From positions 43,960,001 through 44,024,000 of the forward strand of contig NC_087245.1 of assembly GCF_037042905.1 (NCBI RefSeq): a DNA stretch of 64,000 nt, written 5' to 3'. A program made the position numbers and the translations under genes. This DNA is from Lytechinus pictus (lineage: Eukaryota). The number at the start of each line of letters is the position of its first letter. The first letter of the stretch is position 1. This document shows, piece by piece, positions 40,347 to 53,466 of the stretch. Below the pieces are notes generated by a model. It searched no databases. It saw only the letters and a list, made by a program, of their open reading frames with translations, and had not been told where the DNA came from.

Positions 40347-40807
40347 GTTGATAAATGGTTGTCTCATCTACTGGATTCCAAACAACACATTCTCCATACA
40401 ACACAGGCTCCAATTTATATTTCTTGCCAATGCTCACCTTTTCTGTCATAAAAAAAAATGATAGGATAAAAAGAGGAGATTGATGCCTGATAAAAGATTT
40501 TTTTCAAAAAGAGAAATTTATAAATACAAAATAAAAACATACCGGTAATATATAAAGAGATGTTGAATGCATTGTGATACTGCGTGTCCAGTAAAACATG
40601 TAACGACTGTCCACCAAACATTGATTTTATATCATTTAATATAAAAATGGTATACTTTATACATAACGCATGTACTGGAAAAAGTACAGTTGTGTCTGCA
40701 AGTTTCCAGGTCAACATGTACATGTATGTATTAGTCAATTTGACATTTTCTCAACCTAGAAATGTTCTTTTCGATGAAGTTTTTTTCTTGATTCGTGTTC
40801 CTATGGG

Positions 40808-41546
40808 TAGAGGTGGGCAAATGACAAATTTTTTTAAACGGGTGGATTCCATGGTCATTTTTGCCGCTGAACACGAATCCGTCAACCAAGACGCGTATAA
40901 GATCGGGCGACGATATCATGAGCAGTGCCAATTTAAAAAGAAAATAAAAATCAATCGGCTGATGAATATCGTGAATTGTAAAATACTTGCATTAGCCAAT
41001 AAAAACGCGTCTTGTAACTAGGCTACGAACAAAGAAGGAAAATGGCGACAAGATCATCGGTGAGTATCTGCTCATCTTCTTACATAATTTTTCTTAAATA
41101 TTTCTAATATTTATAGTTTTTAAGTATAAATAAATGTACGTAATGGGAGGATTTGAACTTGTTGTCCATGTACATAAGTGTGTGGCTAGCAAGTTAAACA
41201 AATCAAGTACCGGTATATTGGAGCAACATTGTTTTCTCCAAAAACTCTCCTTCGTGTGGCCCAATGCCTTCCCGTGCCAGGCGTCATTGGGAGTAAGCCT
41301 ACGTACTACGTAGTAAATAATTTTTACTCCCAATACGCCTCCAGGCTACTGTGAGGAGCCAAGGAAACATATGTCACATTGATAATCAACTTGGCTGCCA
41401 GAAAATGTGCAGATGTTGCTACATTTAACTACATTGTGCATCCATTAATATAGAATTTAGAATGAAAATTTGAGCCAAATTCACCTATTGACTTTTTTAG
41501 CACATGTCTACAGCATAAATCTGGTGCATTGGCATTGCCCACCCTA
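40808..41546. mobile_element. Probable TIR element in the FBXW2 5' intron
   Basis: TAGAGGTGGGCAA / TTGCCCACCCTA termini; CpG-rich interior; no TSD. Confidence 0.4.
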
Positions 41547-41952
41547 AATTATGCACCGGTAAATAAGAAAAATGCTATATGGCCTAGGGCCTAGACCTAT
41601 GCCTTGCCCTGGCCTGGGCTTGGCCTTGCATCGGAAATTTGAGTGTAAATGGGGGTCCCCTCCGCGGCACATACCCATTATACTGAGTGCCCCCTCCGGG
41701 AGACTGCCAGCTGTCTAGTCACTGGCACTAGCCACGGCACTAGCAACAAATGAGTTAAAACTTAATACTCGGCGATTTAATTTGCTCCCAGTCCTACGGA
41801 ATCACATGGATTTGTGATATTCCTATTTGTCATGTGCGCATAAAAATCACATGCGCTGGTAATATCAGTGTCCTCCTGACACACACGCATAACAATTAAC
41901 AAACACAGTGACTGACTGAGACTGAGTTAGACAAAGTCACAGTCGCACTTAC

Positions 41953-42300
41953 ACAGCCGTAGATTCTGCAACTTTTGTATACAAGTTGATAATCCAGATT
42001 CCAGAATTAGTTATTCCCTCAGCCTCAGGGCGACAAATATGACGAAGCTAGACAAAAATCCCAAATGATGTCTCCAAGTCAGGACCAAGAAGAGTCCAAA
42101 CGCTGTTAATACACAGTTTCACACCAAGCCGGGTGCGGTGGCGTATTTTTTATTTACATAAAATATCACTGCTCAGCTCCGCGGCCGCCAAAATATTTTT
42201 AAAAAAACACACAGAAACGGCTCGCGCAAGAGTCTAACAAGTTGACCACACACGTTTCGTCGTACGTGCACATCTAATGTATCTCCCTGATTTCGTTCAT
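41953..42300 (-). promoter_or_regulatory. FBXW2: Probable FBXW2 promoter and non-coding first exon
   Basis: CpG-enriched unique sequence (about 42120-42270) followed on the minus strand by a consensus donor GTAAGT at 41952-41947. Candidate acceptor TTTTTTTTATGACAG| opens the first coding exon at 40442. The transcription start cannot be determined. Confidence 0.55.
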
Positions 42301-43450
42301 AATAACTTAATCATTTAAACAAACCTTATGATTTCAATATAGATACATAGCTTTTTTAAAGCGTTTAGTTTGTTGGGGCCTAATCCGCTTGCATTACATG
42401 TGTAGGAATCGTATGAGCATTTTGTTCGTAGTTATGGCACCTCCAAACATTCATGGTATAACATGAATGAAAGAAATAAATAATAAACAGATAAATGATA
42501 ACATTCAATTCGCAGCTAGCCAAAGGCTGAATAAAGTAAATTTGTATAGAGTAAAATATCAGTATTAAAACAGATAGTAAAAAAAAAACAAATAGGCCTA
42601 CAACGTATATCAATGCATAATATATGGAAGAGGGTGAAGATAAATATGCATTCCGAGAAAAAAGTAATGTCAGGAACTGAGAAGAAAGGGAAGAGATTAT
42701 GAGAAGCCTAAAGTTATCATAGCATTTTAACACAAGTGTAAGAGTAGAAATGATCAATATATGTTTTAAAATAAGAAACATTAGTTGAACTGTATAGAGG
42801 TCACTAACCCAGTATGTACAACTTTGTTTATGTCCACTTGTTCACTATACGTCACACTCACAATTAAGGTTTCTTCCATGAAAATTACCATTAAATAGGA
42901 CAAGTCCACCCCAAGAAAAAGTTGATTTAAATAAAAAGAGAAAACTTCAACAAGCATAACACTGAAAATTTCATCAAAATCGGATGTAAAATAAGAAAGT
43001 TATGGCATTTTAATAAAGTTTCGCTTAATTTCTCAAAACAGTTATTATGCACATCCTGGCTGGTATGCAAATGAGGAGACTATGACGTCATCCACTCACT
43101 ATTTCTTTTGTATTTTATTATATGAAATATTCTAATTTTCTCCTCATTGTCAAGTGATAAAACGATTAATTCCTCCCTGGTCATGTGGAACTAGCATTGT
43201 TTCATACTATGTGGTTCAGTCAAGTTGGTCCTTATTGTCAAATCTATAAAAAAATGAAATATTGTATAATTCAAACAATAAAAAACAGAAGAAATAGTGA
43301 TGGATATCATCGACTGACTCACCTAGTTGTGCATATCACTGTTTTGTGAAAAATAAGCGAAAATTAAAATGTCATAACTTTCTTATTTTATATCCGATTT
43401 TTATGAAATATTCAGCACTATATGCTAGTATGATTTTTCTCTGTTTATTC

Positions 43451-46316
43451 GGTGACAGCCCGGGAGACCGAGGGCCCGCGAGACCGAAGACCCGCGAGAC
43501 CGAGGGCCCGCGAGACCGAAGACCCGCGAGGCCGAAGGTCCACGAGACCGACTTTTTTCCCCTTCATCGGGTGCCGCGTAGTCTGCTATGCAGACTCTGA
43601 ATGGCTCGTGAAGTGGGATCTTCAGCTGGTTTGCGAAGCAAACCAGCCTGAAAGGGCGAGCGAAGCGATCTGCAGCTCCAGTAGACCTAGTCTGCTATGC
43701 AGACTCCTTGAATCAGCTGTGATACACACACTGCAGATGTGGGTCTACAGTTGTAGACTAGGTGCCGCGCGCGGTCGAGTGGTTTAAGGCGCCTCGTTGC
43801 AGCGGCGTAACAGGTGCCTGAATATCAGAATGGGGAGGGGGCAGAGCCAAATATTTCCCAGTAATTCCTTCTACATGTATACAATTAGTGGCATAACTAG
43901 GATTTCAGTTTAGAGGGCAGTAGTAACTACGATCGAGAAGCGCGTTCCGTGGGGCCGGGTGCAGGGAGGAGAGTACCACCCCCCCCCCCCCCCTCTGACG
44001 GCGAGAAGCGGAAGGTCCGACGTTCCTTTGAATTGTTCATTATCTGCTCTCGCTCATCTTAATAGTCCTCTGCCTGTTATCGGAGGGGGGGCAGAGCAAA
44101 AAAATTCCCGGTCCAGAATCAGTGGCTTAATTTGCTAGGATTACATTTTAGGGGCGATATGTGAGCGCGCGAAGTGTGCGAAACACTTAATGAGCTCGCG
44201 AAAGGCGCTCATATTATAGGGGGAGTTTTCTCGATCCCTCACCCGCGAGAAGCACAAAAGCTAGCTCCGACGTTTTAATTCTTCGAAATGTTCCTTGCCC
44301 GCTCCTGCTCTACGTTCTCTGTCTGTTAACGGCGGGGCCGCCGCGGGGAGAGAGAAAATTTTCGAATTGCGGAAGCTCCGACGTTTCTTTGAATCGTTAA
44401 TTGTCTGCATCCGCTCTAATTCTTACGTTTTCTGCCTGAAATGGGGAGGGGCACAGACAAAAATTCCTCGTTTATAAGTCTAAAATTATAGTGGCGGAGC
44501 TAGGATTTAATTCAAGGGGGCGGTAGTCAGCACCACTGAACTAGAAATACGTATTTCTAGTTCAGTGGTCCGAGCACGCGAAGCGTGATAATCACTTACT
44601 GAGCGCGCAAAACGCATTTCCGGGGGGGGGGGGGGGTGCATGGAGGGAGAAGCTGTGACGATCCCTTGAACTAGTCCTTGTCTGCTCTCGCTCGTCTTAC
44701 GTTCTCCTATATCTTTTTATTTTCTCATGTTTCCCCTTTTTGGGGGGTTGGCGTTTTTTGTTGTTGCTATGAGGGTGTAATCAATTTATCATTGTTCATT
44801 TATTTATTTATTCATTCATTCATTCATTCAACTATTCATTAATAAATTCCTTTTTTAATATCAATTTTTTTTTAGATAACATTTCAGCTTCTGCCAGAGT
44901 ATTATTAGACTGGGAATAGTTTGCAAAAATACTTTTCATAATACTACGAAATCGGACACCCCTTCCCCTCTCTCACTTTATCGTCTAACGAAATCATACC
45001 ATAGTCTCTGAAGAAATCTACACAACCGAGGTGAAACAAAAAATGTTACAACAATTAGACTGATGAACCCAAATACATTGGCGCCGCATCCGAAGTGGGC
45101 TGTTGCAAATTCAGAAATATCCTAACCATACTTAGCATAGAAACGCACACACTCATCCCACACACTGATAGACACAGAACACATTCAAATAAATTGGATA
45201 TTCTTCCAAGTTCTTTTCCTCTGTACTTTTCTCACAGCTCTTTTTACTTTCAATTTCTCCTATCGTTCCTCTTGACCTCCCACACTCCCCCTCTCTCTCT
45301 CCTTCTCTGTTCTCTTTAATTATGATGATAATGATAATAATGGTGAATAATAACGACAATAGAAACAAATATTAGGTTCATCATGTTTTATTGCTTTAAA
45401 AGAGTTTTCTCTTTTACTCTATATCAGACAATCTTCATGTTCCAGTGCTAAGAACTTTGCAACCGAAAACCATTATACTCTCACTGGCCGAGGGGTACCC
45501 CTCCAAGAAGGACTCCCACTCTATCAAGAACCCCCAAAAGATTCCCATTTTCCCATGAGAAATTCCCTTTACAAACGCGTTCAGTGCTCTAATTTTCTTT
45601 CTATCTTATACAAATACAACGACCCGTTTTCTTTAACACTGCTTTTGTTCATCTATTGATAAGCCCCATCATTTTTTAATGATTAAGTAATGTCAGTGAA
45701 ATTAGGCAACGTAATTTTATACTGTTAGTGGAAACACCCCTCCCTGCACCCCCCCCCCCCCCTTATATAGAGAGCCGTTTCGTGCGCGCAGTAAGTGTTT
45801 CGCACGATTCGCGTGCTCACCATCGCCCTTTAAAATGAAATCCTTGCAATGCCACTGATTCTAAATTTATAGTTACCAGGAATTATTTGGCTCCCCCCCC
45901 CCCCCCCCCCCCGATTAACCGGCAGAGAATGCAAGAGGAGCGGGAGCAGACAAGAACGATTCACAGGAACGTCGGATTGAGCTTCCACGCTTCTCGCGGG
46001 GGACACTCCCCCTCCCTGCACCCCCAAGGGGGTACGCTTGCGCTTCCCGTGCTCACTACCGCCCCTACTAAACTGAAATCCTAGCTATGTCACTAATAAT
46101 TATAGACGGAGTTACCGGGAAAATTTGGCTCTGCCCCCTCCCCCTCTGATAACAGGCATTCGCCGCTGCAACGAGGTGCCTTAAACCACTCGGCACCTGA
46201 TGAAGAAAAAAAAAGTCGGTCTCGCGGGCCTTCGGCCTCATGGGCATTTGGTCTCGCGGGCATTCGGTCTCGCGGGCATTCGGTCTCGCGGACCTTCGGT
46301 CAAGTGGTCGGACCCC
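43451..46316. mobile_element. TU-type foldback element, 2.9 kb
   Basis: 8-bp TSD GTTTATTC (43443-43450 and 46317-46324); outer arms of 16-bp units GAGACCGARGRCCCGC, inner non-tandem inverted domain, unrelated middle. Confidence 0.85.
43579..43760. mobile_element. 182-bp TAG...CTA mini-element with a 9-bp TSD (AcademH-like by termini and TSD)
   Basis: TSD GGTGCCGCG at 43570-43578 and 43761-43769; its two halves match 49572+ and 62956-63050. Confidence 0.88.
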
Positions 46317-46470
46317 GTTTATTCAGCATTTTCCTGGGGTGGACTTGACCTTTAAGGACTCAAGGTTTCTTCTTCATACTTGGTTCTCTCTCAGTCTCTC
46401 TCTTTCAAACATTAGCCCCCCTTCTTATGAAGTTCCTCTTAATTTTGTCCACAGAAAAATATACAATATA

Positions 46471-47222
46471 CAGTGCATCCCACAAAAAAACAAAACCAAG
46501 ATTTATCGATGATTTATGCCTTAATCGCAAATACCATAGACAAATGACCCATCATTGTAAAGCTTTCTTCTTTCATTTAAAATAAGTTAGATTATTCCTC
46601 ATTCATACACGAGTGAGCAAAAACAATTTGAAGAAATAAAACCAAAGTCACTTGGCGGGCGGTATCTGAGTTTTAAAAAAGAAAATCACATTAAAAAAAA
46701 TCTCATCTGCTCTTTAATTTGATGCCTCAATTACAGAAAACGATCAAGAAATAACAAAGTTCTGTTTATTTGAAATAAGCCTTAAATTCCAATATTTTCA
46801 TAAAATGAAAAGGTTTTACGGGATAACTTTCAGACTTACTCGACACTCCGTTTTGTTGACGATAGCTTAGGTGAGAAACCGGTTAAACCATGTTTGTTTT
46901 ATGAAATTATTGTTTCGATGAAACATAGCTTTGCTATTTCTAGACCATTTTCTACGATTTAGCTATATCAAATTAAAGAGCAGATATTGAACTTTTAAGG
47001 CATGTGATTTTCTTTTTGAAATTTTGATAACCCCCGCCAAATGACTTTATGCTATCCTTTTTTTTATTGTTCAACTCACTAATGCGTGGATGAGAAATTG
47101 TGTATGTTAACACAGCTGAAAGACGAGACTCTCAGCTTTACAATGGTAGGTCATTTTGTCTAAATTATATTTGTGATTGAGTTATGATAAAATCTCGGTT
47201 TCGTTTTTTGTGGGATACACTG
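46471..47222. mobile_element. Tc1/mariner-like MITE
   Basis: TA|CAGTG...CACTG|TA; homologous to 21371-22322. Confidence 0.85.
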
Positions 47223-47605
47223 TATAATACTGTAATATGTAAGATTATCTTGAAATGGGTCATTCATGTCCACTACCCATTATGTCAAAAAGTTCTTTCA
47301 TGGCATTGTATAAGTAAACGATGAATTTCAGTAAATCAAAGTTAAGTCTAAGTCAAAGATATTTCAACAGCCTCATCTAATCAGATTTATTCAAGTTTGA
47401 TTTGACTTTCTACCACATGTACATACAACAATTAAATCTGGGGCACGGTCAAATTTCACCAAGTTTACTCACTTTGATATTAAATATCAGTAACCACTTT
47501 AAAAAGCCTAACTTGGAGATTTTTCATATTCAAATTTCATAGAAGCGTTGAAAATATATCTGGAAGCGATTCCAATTAAATGTATAATTACTGCACAAAA
47601 TTTTT

Positions 47606-48324
47606 TTAAACTGAAGTTATGTTTACAAGGACTGCAGAAGGGCAATATGAAAACATGTCAGTGTGACCTTGACCTTCTGACCTCAAAATCAATAGGCTTC
47701 CTGAGATCCATGCTAGTATCACACACACCAAATCATATGAGCCTATAGGTTAAGTTAAACTGAAGTTATCATGTTTACAAGGACTGCAGAAGGGCAAGAT
47801 GAAAACATGTCAGTGTGACCTTGACCTTCTGACCTCAAAATCAATAGGCTTCCTGGGATCCATGCTAGTATCATACACACCAAATCATATGAGCCTAGGT
47901 TAAGTTAAACTAAAGTTATCGCATTTACAAGGACTGCAGAAGGGTAAGATGAAAATATGTCAATGTGACCTTGACCTTTGACCCTTTGACCTCAAAATCG
48001 ATAGGCTTCCTGGGATCCATGCTAGTATCATAGTATGCTAGTATCATACACACCAAATTATATGAGCCTATGTTAAGTTAAACTGAAGTTATCGCGTTTA
48101 CAAGGACTGCAGAAGGGTAAGATGAAAATATGTCACTGTGACCTTGACCTTTGACCTCAAAATCAATAGGCTTCCTGGGATCCATGCTAGCATCATACAC
48201 ACCAAATTATATGAGCCTAGAGTAAGTTAAACTGAAGTTATCGCGTTTACAAGGAAAAGTTAAAGGACGGACGGACACCGAGCGTGATACCATAATACGT
48301 CCTGCCGAGACGGGCGTATAAAAA
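47606..48324 (+). mobile_element. HINE-like element, ~124-bp tandem units and 3' end
   Basis: About 5 units, a (GGAC)n microsatellite, then a terminal hairpin ATACGTCC...GGGCGTAT and AAAAA. Confidence 0.75.
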
Positions 48325-48556
48325 GGTGTAAACATGAAGCATTACTGACCCTTCAATCTTAAAAAGTAGGCCTGTGGAAGCTTGAATTGTGTAATTCAGA
48401 TGTGCAGATAATAAGATCATCATGTCACTTCATGTAAAAAAAGATGATCAAATCATCTCTACTATGGATGTCATGATGAGAGTTGGTGAGAGCGCAAGGT
48501 TGATCCCACCCCCCCCCCCCAAAAAAAAGCCTTGCATCGACTTGTGTTATCATCAG

Positions 48557-48715
48557 GGGGCCGCTTCATAAAGCTGTTCGAAAGTTAAGAGCGACTTTAA
48601 GAACGACTGGTGATCCTTTCTTGTTGAAAATGGTAGATTCATTGGCTATGGTTTGGCGCGTAAGAAAGGATCACCAGTCATTCTTAACTTACGAACAGGT
48701 TTATGAAAAGGCCCC
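48557..48715. mobile_element. Harbinger-like MITE
   Basis: Same family as 6444 and 53907; CAG/CTG flanks. Confidence 0.7.
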
Positions 48716-49265
48716 CTGAATAAACAGAGTTAATTCATGGTATATAAGTATGATGTCACTTGTGAGCAAATATCACAATACTAATCAGTGAGTGTTAAGT
48801 CATATACCTGTCAAAAGCTGTTTTACCCATAAAATAACACAACAAATTTTCTTAATTATTTTCTAATGGATTGCAAATAACAAAAAACAGTAAAGATTTT
48901 TAATCATTAAAATTCAAATTATAATCATCCATTAGGAATAGAGAAAAATAATTGGCTTTCTCCAAACTTTCAAGATATACACATGACTGGTATTTAGTGA
49001 AATCTTAAATTTTTAATCCAAGTTGACTTTCCTGATGTACATGTACAACATCAAGACCTGTATTCTGAAATTGGGAAATTATATATGATTACCCTTGTGA
49101 GAAAATACCACAAGATTAATCAGTGAGTGATTAGAATGTATATATGTGACTGATATCTGTCAAAAGCTTTTTTTTACCCATAAAATAAAACAAATTTTCT
49201 TATGGATTGCAAATAATAAAGGAATGGCAAGTTTTCAAATTAAAATTTTAAATTGTTGAATCATT

Positions 49266-49520
49266 GTGAAGACTCTCGTCTTTCAATCTGAAGGACGTGG
49301 GTTCGATTCCAAGCCATGGCATGTTTTCCTTCAGCAAGAAATTCACCCACATTGTGCTGCACTCAACCCAGGTAAGGTAAATGGGTACCGTCAGGAAGTA
49401 ATTCCTTAAAAAGCTGTGCGCACCGGAATCGGTAGACTAGCTTTGCCAGGGTAATATTATAGCGCCTTGAGCACCTAGCAAGGTGGATACGTGCGCTATA
49501 CAAATCCTATATTATTATAT
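49266..49520 (+). mobile_element. tRNA-derived SINE
   Basis: B-box GGTTCGATTCC; core ...CACTCAACCCAGGT...AAATGGGTACC; L2-type tail GCGCCTTGAGCAC...GCGCTATACAAAT with (ATT)n. Confidence 0.8.
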
Positions 49521-49974
49521 AATGATTTACTTTGATTGTTCATGTAGGGGAGATTGGGGTTAGTTGGAATGTAGTCTGCTATGCAGACTCTGAATGGCTC
49601 GTGAAGTGGGATCTGCAGCTGGTTTGCGAAGCAAACCAGCCTGAAAGGGCGAGCGAAGCGAGCCATTTCAGAGTCTGCTTCTTCTTTGGAAATCTTGTTC
49701 CCACGGTCAAAATAAGTCCCACCCACCCAAAATTTCAGAGAGCTTTCATTGGATAACTTCATCTGTCTGTAAACCAAATTTTATGACCACTGAGGAGTAT
49801 AGATAATCCCCTACTTCAACCACAGAGCCATGAGCAGGGTTATTATGTAATACCCTCGCTCAGGCCATCAGACAGTGTTTACATATGACATTCCACTGAG
49901 CAGCTGCATGTATGGCCAAAAGCTTGCTCCATGGCCCAAAATAGTGGATGGTTTTATCATAGCTCTATATATAT

Positions 49975-50760
49975 ATTCAATTCAATTCAATCTTTATTTC
50001 GCAAATAGGATAAAAATACAAGGAAACATCAAATAATGTGATTAGATAATAAAAATAAATTGCGTGGCTTCCCATGAAGGTAATAAGAAACATGTGAGGC
50101 TCGCCAAAACATAGTAAAAACAAAACAACATTAATACAAAACAGAATATCATATCATTATAGTTAATAGTGTATATAAAAAGGAGAAAAAAACACGAGTT
50201 GAGGGGGGTAGATACGTTACAAGTATGCATTGATATCATGTGTGAGAATTAATAATAATTTACTAGAAAATGTGAATACTGTTTTCTAAAAGAATATATA
50301 AATTGTGAATTAGTTATTATTTGGGGAATCTCATTCCATTGTTTGGGACCTACATAACTCAGCTTCGTGACTATAGACCTAATAGACCATAAATGAAATT
50401 TATTGTAAGAACGGGTATTATGGTTATGAACTTGATTATTGCATTGAAAAAGATCTGAAAACTACATGGGTAACAACTACCTCTTCTTGAACTTATAGAT
50501 AAATATTGTGAGTTCTCGCTTATTAAATGAAGGTGCGGATGGTGCTATTAGAATAGGTAATTATTCTTAAACATTTCTTTTGAATATTGAGTCCAATTTA
50601 TATGAGGTTACATTGGTATTGCAATATTTTAAATAAGAGAAAATCATGGAATGGTATAAAGTTATCAGATTTTTATGAAGCAAACTAAGCTTAAGTTTGT
50701 AAATTAAACCAGTATTCCTTAAAACATTTATCATATGGTACTTAAAACCCAAAATATCAA
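49975..50760 (-). mobile_element. Degenerate 3' fragment of a CR1/L2-group LINE
   Basis: (TTGAA)n tail; peptide GLIYKLK...LITLYHSMIFSYLKYC resembles GAINRLK...[16 protein letters not shown] in the 28361 ORF. Confidence 0.65.
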
Positions 50761-51779
50761 ACTCAAAAACACCATTCTCATAAAATTCAGAACTTAAATA
50801 TTAAATATGATAGTTTACAAAATGAAAATCTTAAATTTCACGATTGTAAGTTTGTAAACTATCATACTTTTAATCAAACAGGATAGCTATGTTTTATTTT
50901 GTTCCTGTTTGGAATTAACTTCTAACCATAGTTTCTTGATTGGACCTTGTATTTGTAGTCACTTCTCCATGCTACTGTATTCAACCTGTTTTACTGTTAT
51001 GTTAGCTCAGTTTGATATTAATTAGCCTTAATTAGCCTTGTGTAAGTTGTCATGCCCAGCAACATTCGTTCACCTTTGTATTAAAAGTGTTTTTATGCCA
51101 GCCATAATGTATGTGATAATCAGGTACTTTCAAACTCAAAAGTATGCTGAATGAAAATGTTGGCAATTTTTTTATATAAACCTAAATCGGATCTATTTGA
51201 TTTAAATCAGATTTTGTTAAATTTCAATCTAATTTTTTCTAACAATTTTTTTTTAACAAAGTGCATACACCCAAAATATAACCCTTCACACTGACATCAA
51301 TTTTAAAATTATGCATTTCACCACCAAAATTATTCTTAACTATTTCATAATCAAATCCAGTCAAAATATAATTTATAGAAAATATTAAAGCCATAAAGAA
51401 GCTGACATTTTCTGCTGTGTCTAAAGTACATGTATAGAGAGCTTCTACTTATTGGTTCAAAGGAACTGTCTTGGTACAGCTAATGCTGCAAACATGCAAA
51501 GTTGGTGCTCATTTTCAAAGCTCTTGGTATTTAATGAGGATCAGTTTATTTGGAAGAATTCCATGACTCAGAGATTCAAGTTCTCCAAAGAGATATATTT
51601 TTTAAATGTTATTTTCAGGTCAAGGATTGAAGATCATACATGTTAAAGAAAACTGCATTTATCTTTTGTTTGTTTCAACCCCAAGTTGTTCTTTGAGCCA
51701 CAGTTGGAATGACTGTTTCAAAGCATTGGCTTTCAAAGCTTTGACCGACTGTATTTATTTTTGTTTGTATCAACCTTAA

Positions 51780-52378
51780 AGGAATGGACCGGGCTGAAAA
51801 TATTCAGATCTAAATAAATAGAGTAAAATGATGAAAATTTCACCAAAATTGGATGACAAATAACAAAGTTATTGTATTTTAAAGTTTATCAGTATTTTGT
51901 GAAAACAGTTATATTTACATCGTCATGAATGTTCATTTGGTGGGTTGATGATGTCACATCCCCTCTTTCCTTTTTCTTATAACATGAAATCATAATTGTT
52001 TCATTTTTTTTTTATACATGTGTAAATAATGTGTCTCTATTATGATGAAATAAGTTGCGGCAATAAATAACTAATGTACTTAATTAGTTGCCAATTCAAT
52101 TGTTTTTAGTTCTTGGTAAATTCCTTTTTAATAAACATAATTTCACATAATCATAATCAAAAGAACAAGTGGAGATATGCCATCATAAGCCCAACTAACG
52201 GATATTCATGAAGACATGCCTAGAAATGTTTTACCGGAATAATCGAAAAGAAATCTTTAAAATTCAATAACTTTGTTATTTGTTATCCGATTTTGATCGA
52301 ATTTCAGTATTTTACTCTGTGAATTTTACTTTATTTATTGATACATGTATCATAATTTCTCCAGCCTGGACAATTCCT
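51780..52378. mobile_element. Kolobok/T2-like MITE (second subfamily)
   Basis: TTAA|AGGAATGGACC...GGACAATTCCT|TTAA with long imperfect TIRs. Confidence 0.75.
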
Positions 52379-52587
52379 TTAAGTTCTTCTTTGAGCCATA
52401 GTTGGAACTATTTGACTGTTTCAAAGCATTGGCTTGCAAAGTTTTGACAAACTTGCAAGTTGATTTAAATGATTTCGTTTACAATAAACTGGAAAACTAG
52501 TATTTTAGCAGCAGTTTTGCTAAAATAAGAAAACGGGTTCCCTTATATTACTGTGTCGGCCTATTTATTTGAATACAGGAACATGTA

Positions 52588-52784
52588 CACTCTAAAAAAT
52601 GTTGGGCAACATACGGTCCACACAACAATTGGTTAAAAAATTTATCCAACTCTGGGTAGTTTTCAACCAATACTGTGTAGTTTTCACCCAAAGCACATAT
52701 TATTGGTGTAAAACTACCCAGAATTGGATAAAGTTTTAACCAATTGTTGTGTGGACCGTATGTTGCCCAACATTTTTTAGAGTG
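52588..52784. mobile_element. CACT-terminal MITE (EnSpm/CMC-like)
   Basis: Perfect ~50-bp TIR CACTCTAAAAAATGTTGGGCAACATACGG...; TA on both sides; decayed relatives near 7782 and 10318. Confidence 0.8.
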
Positions 52785-53466
52785 TAAAGGAATAGAAATG
52801 TTAAAATATCGGTGTATTGGGTAAGCAGGGACGTTGCCGATTTTTACTTTTATTGTACTCAATTCAAAATATTCACTTAAAAATGTACAAACATAAATCA
52901 TTTTGGCAAAGGGCACTAAAATGTATAGTTGTTATGATTTAGTCATGTTAGTGCCCTTTGCCAAGAACATTCATACATATTTTAAAATAAATGTACATGT
53001 ACTTAATTACTGAACCTTTTTCAGTGAACTGGCTGAATGAAGCACAATCCTACTCAGAATGTCTGAACAGACTTTTTCTAGTATAGGATCCATGGTTATA
53101 ACCCATCCTGGCAAAATTCTATCATGTTGAGATTCAGCCTAATAAGTTCAGAGTTCCTTTACTTTCTTGAAAACTGCCCTCTAAAACACTTTTGAATTTT
53201 GACATAAAGAAACAAGAAATTTGTTTTACTATTAACAAAGTAGGGGTCGCATATAATGTAGGTTACATGTTCATCTTTGGTTTTGCAAGATTGACTTGAT
53301 TTCATTGATTTGATTTCAATTGTTCTGAGTAGATATGAAGGATTCATTCCTGTTCTCATGATATAAAGTTGGTAAAATCTTTCTCTTTTTAATTTAAAAA
53401 GTAAAACTGCCACAAACAATAAAAAATCCCATATAATTTGTACATGTTTCAATGGAAGTGATTTAA

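Larger units (their letters stand above)
42897..46351. mobile_element. Kolobok/T2-like MITE split by a foldback insertion
   Basis: AGGACAAGTCCACCCC start; final 27 bp ending GGGGTGGACTTGACCT|TTAA found after the insert. Confidence 0.8.

Noticed and set aside
49266..49320. tRNA-like sequence with a B-box (also 29882-29945)
   Set aside because: No complete cloverleaf; it continues into a SINE body and tail.
51703..51711. A third GTTGGAATG identical to the giant element's TSD
   Set aside because: Not adjacent to any element terminus; treated as chance.
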